From contig JBECKS010000211.1 in assembly GCA_040235395.1 (NCBI GenBank), positions 1 through 60,720 of the forward strand: a stretch of 60,720 nt of DNA, read 5' to 3'. The DNA is from Pseudomonadales bacterium (GTDB lineage: Bacteria > Pseudomonadota > Gammaproteobacteria > Pseudomonadales > JBECKS01). How positions within the stretch are numbered: position 1 is the stretch's first letter; each line of letters opens with the position of its first letter. The position numbers and the translations under genes are program-made. Of this stretch, positions 1 to 8,937 are shown one piece after another. Below the pieces are notes generated by a model, which did no database searches, had not been told where the DNA came from, and worked only from the letters and a program-made list of their open reading frames with translations.

Positions 1-738
1 CATCTTTAATGTTTCTGGTGGCGTACGCATGGCTGTACCTGAATTAATAGTAGTTGTACCGCCAACATTTTTTCCTATAGGTACAGGAATCACATGATTA
101 CCAATAGTACCCGTGGGCTCCAGGCGATAAAGTTTTGGCACAACCTGAAACATATTGCCTGTGAAATGACTACGATCGTAGTAACGACCTTCTTCCACTA
201 AAACAACAGCCAGACCTTTGCTAGCAAATTCGTAGGCCGCAGATGCTCCGCCCGCTCCCGTTCCAACAATAACCACGTCCGCTTCTAGCTCCTGATCTTC
301 GTCATAATCATCTACGCTAGAAATCTGTTGCTGCCAACGCGCAGGTTCAGCAGTATTGGATTTTTCTCCTGCTATGCAAAGACTGTTTTTTATTTCCTGT
401 TGTTGAATAAAAAATAGCTTATAGGGAATCGCCGTTATTCGAAGTAAACCACGCAAAACAGATTTTTTTGACCATTCTTCAACTACTGCCTTTTGACGGT
501 TTTCAGTTAACTCTTCAAAAAACTTTCCATAAAGACAGAAACAGAAAAAATTAAATACTGCTAACTGAAAAGAAAGCAATTTGTAGACAACAGGATTTCC
601 ACCACTCAACTCAAAACAGACTTCTTCTAGCTTTTCTGGTTCTGCCGCAACAAATGTCTTTCCAGCTGGGAACAAGGTTCTAATCAAAGCGTGGGCTGTT
701 TTCTGTCTTAAAAAGGGTTTGATTTTATTTTCACTCAT
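1..738 (-). CDS. GMC-family FAD-dependent oxidoreductase, N-terminal part (gene runs off the left edge)
   Basis: Absent from the ORF track because it is truncated. My minus-strand translation from ATG 738-736 stays open to position 1. It reads MSENKIKPFLRQK...DVVIVGTGAGGASAAYEFASKGLAVVLVEEG...GKNVGGTTTINSG. That gives a GxGxxG FAD fingerprint plus the GG(T/S)xxxN motif of GMC oxidoreductases, preceded by a roughly 145-aa extension. Confidence 0.7.
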   Translation of the reverse strand, partial: MSENKIKPFLRQKTAHALIRTLFPAGKTFVAAEPEKLEEVCFELSGGNPVVYKLLSFQLAVFNFFCFCLYGKFFEELTENRQKAVVEEWSKKSVLRGLLRITAIPYKLFFIQQQEIKNSLCIAGEKSNTAEPARWQQQISSVDDYDEDQELEADVVIVGTGAGGASAAYEFASKGLAVVLVEEGRYYDRSHFTGNMFQVVPKLYRLEPTGTIGNHVIPVPIGKNVGGTTTINSGTAMRTPPETLKM

Positions 739-764
739 AAAACACCTAAATCTATAAACTATCT

Positions 765-1787
765 CTATACCACTCGACTTAATTGATGATCTGTTCGATC
801 CGTTAAAATTTCAAACGCCGTTCCATTTTTACTTGTTAGAACGAGAGCATCTTTACCCTTTTCTATAAAACGTAAATCACAACTGGCAATCTTGCTATTA
901 AGGCAGGTGTGATCGCCACCTGGCGGATTGTAATAAGTCAGCGCAACGAAGTTTGATTTCTGAGCAGTAATTTTCCCTTCAATTTCTGCTGATTCATTTT
1001 TAGCCGAAAACGTCCATTCAAAAAAATCGTATTTACCTTTTGATTTGAATGCACTTGCGATCTTATTAAAACAGAAATCCTTACCATTTACCCTCAAAAC
1101 CAGAATGGTGAATAAGGGAGATAATATAGGGCCCACTTTCACTTTGCCGCTTATTGCCTCAAGAAATACAGAGGCATCATTATCAAATCCACTTACCTGC
1201 CCCCATGCGTACTGATCTGTATGCTTCTCACCCCAATTATGGTTTTCACTTCCTCGCCACTCACTTAATTCATAAACATTTCCATTAACACTAAAACTCC
1301 CTGAGAACCTGGCTAAAGGCGCCCCAACAACCGCCTTGGCTTTTGGCAAGGGTGCTTTATAAAGATTTTCTGGCAAAAGTAGCAAAGGTGCCTCGTCGCT
1401 TTGATAGCGCAAGTCCCAAAGCAGCTTGTTGGGCTCATCAATACTACCGCTCAAAACGCCTGTTTTAGCACTAGCATCGGGAAACTTAATAGCAAGTTTA
1501 TCCTTTGAAAATTCACACTTTTCCAATGGATACTCGCGTTTACCCGCACTTACAAGGTTCTTTTCACCATCAAAAAAAATCCCCCAAAGCTCCCCAAGTT
1601 TTTTTTCTTTTCTATTCTTGGGCACAAAAATGGTATAGCGAATCCAGAACGCCAGCGGTCTATCAGGATGATTCGCTCTAAAAAAATAACTTTCATAATG
1701 GCCCTTCTTGGAAGCTTCATTATATTGAAGGCTATTCCAGAAATTTCTTTGGGCAAGGGTCGGTTCTTGACTCATACCAATTTCCAT
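765..1787 (-). CDS. Hypothetical protein, possibly tocopherol-cyclase / CrtC / AttH-like beta-barrel family
   Basis: 340-aa ORF, 26 nt upstream of the GMC gene on the same strand. The N-terminal HYESYFFRANHP resembles the aromatic (F/W)EGWYFR-type motif as I recall it. The central SENHNWGEKHTDQYAWGQVSGFD resembles the EKNWG...W.W.Q motif of tocopherol cyclase-like proteins, also from memory. No HMM was run. Confidence 0.55.
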   Translation of the reverse strand: MEIGMSQEPTLAQRNFWNSLQYNEASKKGHYESYFFRANHPDRPLAFWIRYTIFVPKNRKEKKLGELWGIFFDGEKNLVSAGKREYPLEKCEFSKDKLAIKFPDASAKTGVLSGSIDEPNKLLWDLRYQSDEAPLLLLPENLYKAPLPKAKAVVGAPLARFSGSFSVNGNVYELSEWRGSENHNWGEKHTDQYAWGQVSGFDNDASVFLEAISGKVKVGPILSPLFTILVLRVNGKDFCFNKIASAFKSKGKYDFFEWTFSAKNESAEIEGKITAQKSNFVALTYYNPPGGDHTCLNSKIASCDLRFIEKGKDALVLTSKNGTAFEILTDRTDHQLSRVV

Positions 1788-1941
1788 TCTCTATTTTTAT
1801 TATGTGAAATCAGGTGATGGCGACATGAATGCTAGTTTAAACGACTTAGAGGCATAATTAAGCTAGAAGCGGCTTAGGACTAGTATCACCAAGCATCTTA
1901 TCATATAGTCAAAAGCCTGAAAAAAAACCTTTTTTATACGC

Positions 1942-2799
1942 ATGAAACCTTTTCTCTCCCTGCTCAGGGTTCATCAATACATCAAGAACCTTTTTGTTTT
2001 AGCTCCATTATTCTTTGCAGCCAAAGCATCAGATATTTCCCTGTTACTGGACGCTACTGTTGCCTTCATTGCTTTTTGTCTATGTGCAAGCGCTATGTAT
2101 ATTATCAATGACATCAGGGATGTTGAGGAAGATAGACAACATGACAAGAAAAAACACAGGGCGATTGCATCTGGAAAAGTCAGCATTAAAACAGCCTTAA
2201 TAATTGCTGCCATTTTGCCATTCTTAGCCTTTGGCTTGCTGTCACAGGTATCTGTTAGTGCCATGATTCCTCTTGCTATGTATGTTGTTATTAATATGGC
2301 CTATAACTGGCGGCTCAAACATATAGCAATTCTTGATGTGAGTAATATCGCTCTCGGTTTTGTTCTCAGACTCTTCGTAGGCGCCGAAAGTTGTGACATT
2401 CATTTAAGCTCCTGGATTGTAATCATTACCTTCCTGCTTGCTCTTTTTCTTGCACTGGCAAAACGCAGGGACGATGTACTTATTTATTCCAATACAGGAA
2501 AAAAAATGCGTAAGGTGATTGATGGCTACAACCTTCAATTCCTTGACCTTTCAATGACGCTTATGGCTGCCGTTGTTATTGTTTCCTACATATTTTATAC
2601 AACCACAGGTAGTCTTATTAATGATGACCGGCTTTATCTAACTTCCGTATTTGTAGTTCTAGGCATACTTCGTTATTTACAAATTACCATTGTTGAAGAA
2701 AGAAGCGGCTCCCCCACACAAGTAGTTCTAAAAGATCTTTTCATGCAGCTTGTATTGCTTGCGTGGCTGGCAAGCTTTATCTGGATTATCTATCTTTAA
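1942..2799 (+). CDS. UbiA-family polyprenyl-phosphate 5-phosphoribosyltransferase (Rv3806c / DPPR synthase-like)
   Basis: 285-aa polytopic membrane protein. N-terminus LLRVHQYIKNLFVLAPLFFA. Asp-rich motif NDIRDVEEDRQHDKKKHRAIASG (NDxxDxxxD...K..R.IASG) is typical of the phosphoribosyltransferase branch of UbiA enzymes. Confidence 0.8.
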   Translation: MKPFLSLLRVHQYIKNLFVLAPLFFAAKASDISLLLDATVAFIAFCLCASAMYIINDIRDVEEDRQHDKKKHRAIASGKVSIKTALIIAAILPFLAFGLLSQVSVSAMIPLAMYVVINMAYNWRLKHIAILDVSNIALGFVLRLFVGAESCDIHLSSWIVIITFLLALFLALAKRRDDVLIYSNTGKKMRKVIDGYNLQFLDLSMTLMAAVVIVSYIFYTTTGSLINDDRLYLTSVFVVLGILRYLQITIVEERSGSPTQVVLKDLFMQLVLLAWLASFIWIIYL

Positions 2800-2801
2800 C
2801 C

Positions 2802-3218
2802 ATGACTCCCCTGCTCTACATCGGTTTTGCAATACTATCGACTTGTGTAAATCTGCTGAGCCAGGCGATTTGCTTTCGACTGTACCAGGGTTTCGCCGAT
2901 ATCTATCTTGCCATGTCGATTGGGACACTGAATGGTCTGATCTTAAAATACCTGCTTGATAAAAAATATATTTTTGAATATCAGACCAAAGACCTCAAAG
3001 AAGATACATCAAAGTTTTTTCTTTATTCATTGATGGGCGTAATAACCACACTTATATTCTGGGGCGTAGAAGTATCCTTTGATTACTTCTTTGATAACGA
3101 ACTTGCAAAATATATTGGCGCCTTAATCGGATTATCAATTGGCTATCTCATTAAATACTTTCTTGATAAAAATTTTGTTTTTATTAACGGTTCCCTGCCT
3201 GAGGAAAAAAAATCATGA
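2802..3218 (+). CDS. GtrA-family membrane protein (Rv3789-like)
   Basis: ATG at 2802 lies 2 nt after the UbiA stop. The track's GTG at 2763 would overlap UbiA. 138 aa with four hydrophobic segments and the C-terminal YLIKYFLDKNFVF motif typical of GtrA proteins. Confidence 0.75.
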   Translation: MTPLLYIGFAILSTCVNLLSQAICFRLYQGFADIYLAMSIGTLNGLILKYLLDKKYIFEYQTKDLKEDTSKFFLYSLMGVITTLIFWGVEVSFDYFFDNELAKYIGALIGLSIGYLIKYFLDKNFVFINGSLPEEKKS

Positions 3219-4504
3219 AGCAGGTTGCTATATCTGGTTGGGGAAATTTTCCGAAAAGCGACTCACAAATTAATCGCTTTGGACTTAGCCTCGATAATTC
3301 AGAATCTTTTATTCCTCAAGGAAATCTTAGAAGCTACGGCGACAGCGCATTAGCCAAAAACGTTGTATCAATGAAACAACATGACTGCTTTCTTGGTTTT
3401 GACGAAAACACTGGCATACTTCATTGTCAATCGGGTGTTCTTCTTGCTGATATCATTAATCATTTCAGCCCTCGCGGTTGGTTTCCCCTTATCGTTCCCG
3501 GAACAAAATTCATTACTGTTGGTGGCGCTATTGCGAGTGATGTGCATGGGAAAAACCATCATCATCAAGGCGCGTTTAGTGAAAGCGTTATTGATTTCAC
3601 GCTTTTGAATGCAGAAAACGAAAAGCTTCGCTGTTCTAAAGATGAAAATAGCGAATGGTTTAAAAGCACCTGTGGCGGCATGGGCTTAACGGGTATTATT
3701 CTAGATGCCAGAATCCAACTGCAGAAAATCCATAGCCGCCACATCAAACAGAAAACCATTAAAACGCAGAATATTGATGAAACGTTTGAACAGTTTGAAA
3801 AATACCATAACGCCCCCTATTCGGTGGCTTGGCTTGACTGCATGGCTAAAGGTTCTCATTTAGGCAGATCCATCATCACCATCGGTGAGCACGCCCATGA
3901 TGGTGAGCTACGCCCAAAGGCATCTTTAAAACTCAATCTACCCTTCTTTTTTCCGTCTTTTCTGCTTAACTCATTAACTCTTAAAATAATGAACACCTTT
4001 CTTTATAGAAAGGTTTTAAGTAAAGAAAGCGAACAACTTATTTCATACGATAAATTTTTCTTTCCTCTTGACGGTATCTATAACTGGAATCGCGGCTATG
4101 GGAAAAATGGCTTTATACAATATCAGTTTGTCTTACCGATTGAAAAAAGTCTTGAAGGCATGAAAGCCATCCTTGAAAAAATTGCGTCTTCAGGGGAAGG
4201 ATCATTTCTCACGGTATTAAAACGTTTTGGCAAGCAAAATAACAACATGCTTTCCTTTCCAAAAGAAGGGTATACTCTTGCCATCGACTTCAAGAATACC
4301 AAAAAGGTTCGCAAGCTTCTGAATGAGCTTGATGAACTTGTCTTGAAATATGATGGGCGATTTTATCTTGCTAAAGATTCCAGAGTAACGAAGGAAATTT
4401 TTGAATCGGGTTATGAAAAGATTGAATTATTTCGAAAATTCAGGAAAGACCATCAACTTGATGGAAAATTTTCTTCCCTACAATCACAACGGTTATCCCT
4501 ATAA
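3215..4504 (+). CDS. FAD-binding (PCMH-type) oxidoreductase, DprE1-like polyprenyl-phospho-ribose 2'-oxidase
   Basis: ATGA start/stop overlap with the GtrA gene, with GAGGAA as Shine-Dalgarno. ISGWGNFP N-terminus, LRSYGDSAL, VGGAIASDVHGKNHH FAD-binding segment, and C-terminal GRFYLAKDSR as in DprE1-type enzymes. Confidence 0.8.
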   Translation: MKQVAISGWGNFPKSDSQINRFGLSLDNSESFIPQGNLRSYGDSALAKNVVSMKQHDCFLGFDENTGILHCQSGVLLADIINHFSPRGWFPLIVPGTKFITVGGAIASDVHGKNHHHQGAFSESVIDFTLLNAENEKLRCSKDENSEWFKSTCGGMGLTGIILDARIQLQKIHSRHIKQKTIKTQNIDETFEQFEKYHNAPYSVAWLDCMAKGSHLGRSIITIGEHAHDGELRPKASLKLNLPFFFPSFLLNSLTLKIMNTFLYRKVLSKESEQLISYDKFFFPLDGIYNWNRGYGKNGFIQYQFVLPIEKSLEGMKAILEKIASSGEGSFLTVLKRFGKQNNNMLSFPKEGYTLAIDFKNTKKVRKLLNELDELVLKYDGRFYLAKDSRVTKEIFESGYEKIELFRKFRKDHQLDGKFSSLQSQRLSL

Positions 4505-4510
4505 GAAGCT

Positions 4511-5248
4511 ATGGCTACCATTCTTTTAATCAGTGCAAACAGTGATATCGCGAAAGCCTGCGCAAGATGTTATGCAGAAAATGGTTTTGATCTGGTTCTT
4601 ACGAGCAGAAACCTTGAAGAAACCAAAACGCTTGCTCAGGATATTCAAACACGCTACCAAAGACAGGCAGAGAGTCTTTTTCTTGATGTACAGGATCTCA
4701 ATTCCCACAAACCATTTCTCGATGAATTAGTTTCCAGAAATCAGATTGCAGGCTGTATTAGTTTTACCGGTTATCTTGGAGATCAAACCATCAGCCAGCA
4801 GGATACCCAGGAGCTCATCAAGATTACAGAATCTAACTATCTGGGGGTCGCTAATTTGCTTGAAGTCATTGCTGCTTATTTTGAGGCTAGAAAAGAGGGT
4901 TTTATTGTAGCGCTTACTTCTGTTGCTGGTGATCGCGGCAGAAGAAGCAATTATCATTATGGTGCTGCAAAAGCAGCTCTTACTGCTTTTCTTTCTGGTT
5001 TAAGGAATCGTTTAGCTGAACATAATGTCAATGTATTAACTGTTAAACCTGGCTTCATGAACACACGAATGACAAGTGAACTCGACCTTCCTCCATTATT
5101 AACAGCACAGCCTGATGAAGTCGCTCTTGCAATCTACAAAGCCCAACAGAAACAACGCCATGTTATTTATGTAAAAGGTATATGGTTTTTTATTATGTTA
5201 ATCATCAAACACATACCCGAATCCATTTTTAAGAAAACCAATCTTTAG
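4511..5248 (+). CDS. Short-chain dehydrogenase/reductase, DprE2-like
   Basis: 245 aa. Rossmann N-terminus ILLISANSDIAKACA, catalytic NYHYGAAKAAL (YxxxK), and TVKPGFMNT. Starts 6 nt after the FAD oxidase gene. Confidence 0.75.
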   Translation: MATILLISANSDIAKACARCYAENGFDLVLTSRNLEETKTLAQDIQTRYQRQAESLFLDVQDLNSHKPFLDELVSRNQIAGCISFTGYLGDQTISQQDTQELIKITESNYLGVANLLEVIAAYFEARKEGFIVALTSVAGDRGRRSNYHYGAAKAALTAFLSGLRNRLAEHNVNVLTVKPGFMNTRMTSELDLPPLLTAQPDEVALAIYKAQQKQRHVIYVKGIWFFIMLIIKHIPESIFKKTNL

Positions 5249-5257
5249 GATTCAGGA

Positions 5258-5851
5258 ATGAATCTTGCCTTATTCGATTTCGATGGAACCATTACCCACA
5301 GGGACAGTTTTCTGGATTTTCTCTTTTATTCACAAAACCCCATCCAGGTTATTATCGGCGGTATCATACTTTTCCCAGTTCTACTATTTTATAAATTAGG
5401 CATTCTTGATAATGGCAAGGCAAAGGAAATTGTTCTTTCCTACTTTTTTAAAGGTGTTAATAAAAAGGATTTTCAGAAACTTTGCGATGATTTTGGAAAA
5501 CAAAAGCTACCAAAACTTTTCAGGGAACAAGCTGTTGAAAGAATTCAATGGCATTTAAAACAGAATGATCGCGTCGTCGTCATTAGCGCTTCAATAGAAA
5601 ATTATCTATTTCCAATTAACGGAATCTTGGGTGTTGAAGTGGTTGGGACACAGTTACAGTTCTCAGACACAGATACCTTTACAGGAAAGATAGCTGGAAA
5701 AAACTGTTACGGACAGGAAAAAGTTAGCCGCCTGAACACTATCATTCAGTTAAATGAATACAAGGAAATCTACGCCTACGGAGACAGCAAAGGCGATAAA
5801 GAAATGCTATCTCTGGCCCAACAAGCTTTCTACAAACCTTTTAGAAGCTAG
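5258..5851 (+). CDS. HAD-IB family hydrolase (candidate sugar-5-phosphate phosphatase of the operon)
   Basis: DFDGTIT motif I at the N-terminus (LFDFDGTITHRDSF), VVVISAS motif II, and YGDSKGDKEML motif IV. Confidence 0.8.
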   Translation: MNLALFDFDGTITHRDSFLDFLFYSQNPIQVIIGGIILFPVLLFYKLGILDNGKAKEIVLSYFFKGVNKKDFQKLCDDFGKQKLPKLFREQAVERIQWHLKQNDRVVVISASIENYLFPINGILGVEVVGTQLQFSDTDTFTGKIAGKNCYGQEKVSRLNTIIQLNEYKEIYAYGDSKGDKEMLSLAQQAFYKPFRS

Positions 5852-5856
5852 AAATA

Positions 5857-5991
5857 CTATTCTTCCTTCTGTTCAGCTTTTTCTGCTTTTTCAGCCTTTG
5901 GATAATCACCCAGAATTGTCTTGGCTGGGCAGACTTTTACAACGGGACATTTTTCGCAACTTGCCGCAATGGCTATAGGGCAAATGGTCAT
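5857..5991 (-). CDS. Small Cys-rich protein (44 aa), not in the ORF track
   Basis: My translation is MTICPIAIAASCEKCPVVKVCPAKTILGDYPKAEKAEKAEQKEE, with four Cys including a CxxC. AGGAG lies 6 nt upstream of the ATG (plus-strand 5998-6002). The TAG stop is at 5859-5857, convergent with the HAD gene. Confidence 0.5.
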   Translation of the reverse strand: MTICPIAIAASCEKCPVVKVCPAKTILGDYPKAEKAEKAEQKEE

Positions 5992-6211
5992 GGTTCGCTC
6001 CTGATGTAGAAATTAAAGATTGTTATTACTACTACCTAGCACTCTATAAACTACTCCAATTCTGGCGTATGTCTAGACTTTTTAGCTATAAATTCAAGGT
6101 TCATGCCCACCTGGAGCTATTCTTTCCTTGCGCTTTTAAGACCTCGGTTCTACCCTGCTCTTTTCAAAATCAACCTTTTCTGATTTTAAAAATGCACCAA
6201 AGGAGCTTGCA

Positions 6212-6694
6212 GTGGAAGTACCTGAAATAAATGATACAAACAAGTCTGAAGACAAAGACATGCTAATTAATCTCATGCTGACGGGTTTTAATTCCACGCC
6301 CTACCATCAGCATATCGGTTTAACCATGCTTCGGGAGACTGATGGTATAAAAGCGCGATTTACTAAACAGCAACAACTACTAGGGAATGTTTCAAGGAAT
6401 ATGGTTCATGGAGGGCTGGTATCTTCCGTTTTTGATGCCTTCGGTGGTGTACTCTGCTCTATCGAACTCATTGACAAGTACAAGGACCTGGACCGAAAAC
6501 AGGGGCTCAGAAAACTTAATCGGCTCTGTACCGTAGGTCTGAATATTAATTACCACGCACCAGCCAAAGCAGAAACCTTTATTGCTAGCGGAACTGTCAT
6601 TCACCAGGGCAGCTCCATCATGTCGGTTTCCATGCAGATGCATGATGAAAAAAATATTTTGATAGCAAGCGCTAGTGCAAATTACATGTATTAG
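6212..6694 (+). CDS. PaaI-family (hotdog-fold) thioesterase
   Basis: NMVHGGLVSSVFDAFGG and the overall size match PaaI/TIGR00369-type thioesterases. GTG start with AGGAGC upstream. The start is uncertain, because an internal ATG (MLINL) is also possible. Confidence 0.75.
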   Translation: MEVPEINDTNKSEDKDMLINLMLTGFNSTPYHQHIGLTMLRETDGIKARFTKQQQLLGNVSRNMVHGGLVSSVFDAFGGVLCSIELIDKYKDLDRKQGLRKLNRLCTVGLNINYHAPAKAETFIASGTVIHQGSSIMSVSMQMHDEKNILIASASANYMY

Positions 6695-6717
6695 CTCAAG
6701 CATAAAAGGAGAACGCG

Positions 6718-8835
6718 ATGACAACAGTAAAGACTTTCTGTCGAGTTTGCGAACCGTCTTGTGGCCTGGAAGCTGAAGTAAATAATGGCGAGATCATTCG
6801 ACTAAAGGCTGACAAAGAACACCCTATTTCAAAAGGCTTTATCTGCCACAAAGGAATAAACAGTCTTGAAATTCATCGTGACCCAGATCGACTGAATTTC
6901 CCTCAAAAACGTATAAACAACGCCTATCAGAATATTTCATGGCAAGAAGCTATTACAGAAATTTCCGAAAAAATACTTAGCATTAAAGATAAATATGGTC
7001 CAATGGCTTTTGGTGCCTATATAGGAAACCCAATGGGTTTCAATGCCTTGGCAGGCCCAGCCATGTCATCATTTTTGATGCAATTAGGTTGCATGAAAAA
7101 CTTCAACGCTGGTACACAGGACTGTTCAAATAAATTTGCAGGATCAGAAGCCGTATTCGGCACCAGCACCCTTCATCCAGTACCTGATTTTGAACATACA
7201 GATTACTGTTTGATTATTGGTTCGAATCCCAAGGTATCGCACATGAGTTTTATTTCCATTGCCAATCCGATGGAAAAAATCAAACAAGCAAAAAAACGTG
7301 GCGCGCAGTTTGTCTATGTAAACCCAAGAGAAATTGAATCGCTAGATGACGGTGATCAGCTCCTTCAAATTAAGCCAGACAGCGATACCTATTTGCTTGC
7401 CGCCATGCTCCACGAAATTAATCGACTCGAACTATTTGATAAGAACATCATTGAAGCTCATGGGAAAAATGTTCAGCAGTTGTTTAATTTCACTAAGGAT
7501 TATTCGCCAGAAAAAGTAAGCAAGGTTGTTGGCATAACTGCTTCAACGATTACTGAAACCGCTGTTGCTTTCGCAAAATCAAAACGCGCAAGTGCATTTA
7601 TGTCTGTTGGTGCGAATATGGGAAGACAAGGAACACTGACTTACTGGCTTATGCATATGCTTGTTTTTATTACCGGTAATCTTGATCGTAAAGGCGGAAA
7701 CCTTTATTCAACAGGTTTCTATCACGCTACCAAGGCAGGTCGTATCGATACCGAACGCTCGCCATTTTTTGCAACAGACTTCGGTGAAATGCGCGCAGTA
7801 AGAGGCACACTTCCTGGCAATTTGCTTGCCGATATGATTGAAGAAAAAAACAATCCCATCAGGGCCTTGATTGTGATTGGTGGTAATCCAGTGCTGAGCA
7901 TAGGCGGCAGCGAAAAACTTAAACATGCACTTGAAAAACTCGAACTACTTGTATGTATTGATTTATACCAGAATGCAACAGGTGAACATGCCGATTACTT
8001 GTTACCAGCAACCGATATGCTCGAACGAAGCGACCTGAATATCATTGGGCTAGGCTTACAAGACCAACCACACATCCAATACACCGATGCAATTACTGAA
8101 GCAAAACACGAACGAAAACAGGAGTGGTGGATACTGGGCCAACTCGAAAAAGCTTTAGGTTTCAAATCTGTATTTGATTCGGTAACGGATGACGACGTAT
8201 CTCTCGATTTCCTTTATCAACGCATAGAAAAAATGATGCGCAATACGGGTCTCACACTTGAAGATGTTAAAACACAGCCCAGTCAGACGGTTGTACTCCC
8301 TGAAAAAACGGAGGGAGAATTCTTTGAAAAACATATCCAACTGGAAGACAGGAAAGTGGATTGTTTTCCGTTTTTGCTACACGAGAGTATTGAACACTGT
8401 TCTGATATTTTTAAAGAGATGAATAGTGAAGATGAACAACAAGTAAAACTGATTAATTTACGAAGCCCTTATACACACAATTCATGGTTCCAGAACATCG
8501 AAAAAATTCGGGAAAAACATCCAGATAACGTCTTGTTCATTAATCCTGTTGATGCCAATCGTTTATCTCTTGAATCAGGTGATACAGTAAAAGTTTCAAA
8601 TAAATTTGGCTCTATTGAATGCCTTGTTAGCGTCGACTCAAGGCTGAGAGCACAAGTCGTTGCCATGAATCATGGTTGGGGAAACAAGGAAAGCAAAGGC
8701 ATGAAGGTTGCTGCCAGATTTCCGGGCGTTAATGTTAATGAGCTGTTACCCGTTGGTCTGGGCTCCTATGAAAAAATCAGTAATCAGGCGCATATGACTG
8801 GTGTGCCTGTAGATATTGAAAAAGTCTGCGCCTAA
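6718..8835 (+). CDS. Molybdopterin (bis-MGD) oxidoreductase, cytoplasmic, substrate unknown
   Basis: 705 aa. N-terminal CRVCEPSCG...GFICHKG gives a Cx2Cx3Cx27C 4Fe-4S motif. No twin-arginine signal. C-terminal beta-barrel segment (VLFINPVDANRLSLESGDTVKVSNKFGSIECLV) is typical of the MopB superfamily. Confidence 0.85.
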   Translation: MTTVKTFCRVCEPSCGLEAEVNNGEIIRLKADKEHPISKGFICHKGINSLEIHRDPDRLNFPQKRINNAYQNISWQEAITEISEKILSIKDKYGPMAFGAYIGNPMGFNALAGPAMSSFLMQLGCMKNFNAGTQDCSNKFAGSEAVFGTSTLHPVPDFEHTDYCLIIGSNPKVSHMSFISIANPMEKIKQAKKRGAQFVYVNPREIESLDDGDQLLQIKPDSDTYLLAAMLHEINRLELFDKNIIEAHGKNVQQLFNFTKDYSPEKVSKVVGITASTITETAVAFAKSKRASAFMSVGANMGRQGTLTYWLMHMLVFITGNLDRKGGNLYSTGFYHATKAGRIDTERSPFFATDFGEMRAVRGTLPGNLLADMIEEKNNPIRALIVIGGNPVLSIGGSEKLKHALEKLELLVCIDLYQNATGEHADYLLPATDMLERSDLNIIGLGLQDQPHIQYTDAITEAKHERKQEWWILGQLEKALGFKSVFDSVTDDDVSLDFLYQRIEKMMRNTGLTLEDVKTQPSQTVVLPEKTEGEFFEKHIQLEDRKVDCFPFLLHESIEHCSDIFKEMNSEDEQQVKLINLRSPYTHNSWFQNIEKIREKHPDNVLFINPVDANRLSLESGDTVKVSNKFGSIECLVSVDSRLRAQVVAMNHGWGNKESKGMKVAARFPGVNVNELLPVGLGSYEKISNQAHMTGVPVDIEKVCA

Positions 8836-8937
8836 GCTCTATTGAAATACGTCAGTGCGCTTGTCGTAACTGTTCATTATGAATTCACGATAATTCACTT
8901 AGATTGAATTCAAGTTCAAAACACTAGGGCAAGCGTC

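Noticed and set aside
5754-5978. 74-aa plus-strand ORF overlapping the HAD gene end and the small Cys-rich ORF.
   Set aside because: It is out of frame with the HAD gene and lacks a Shine-Dalgarno. The minus-strand 44-aa ORF has a strong AGGAG and a more protein-like sequence.
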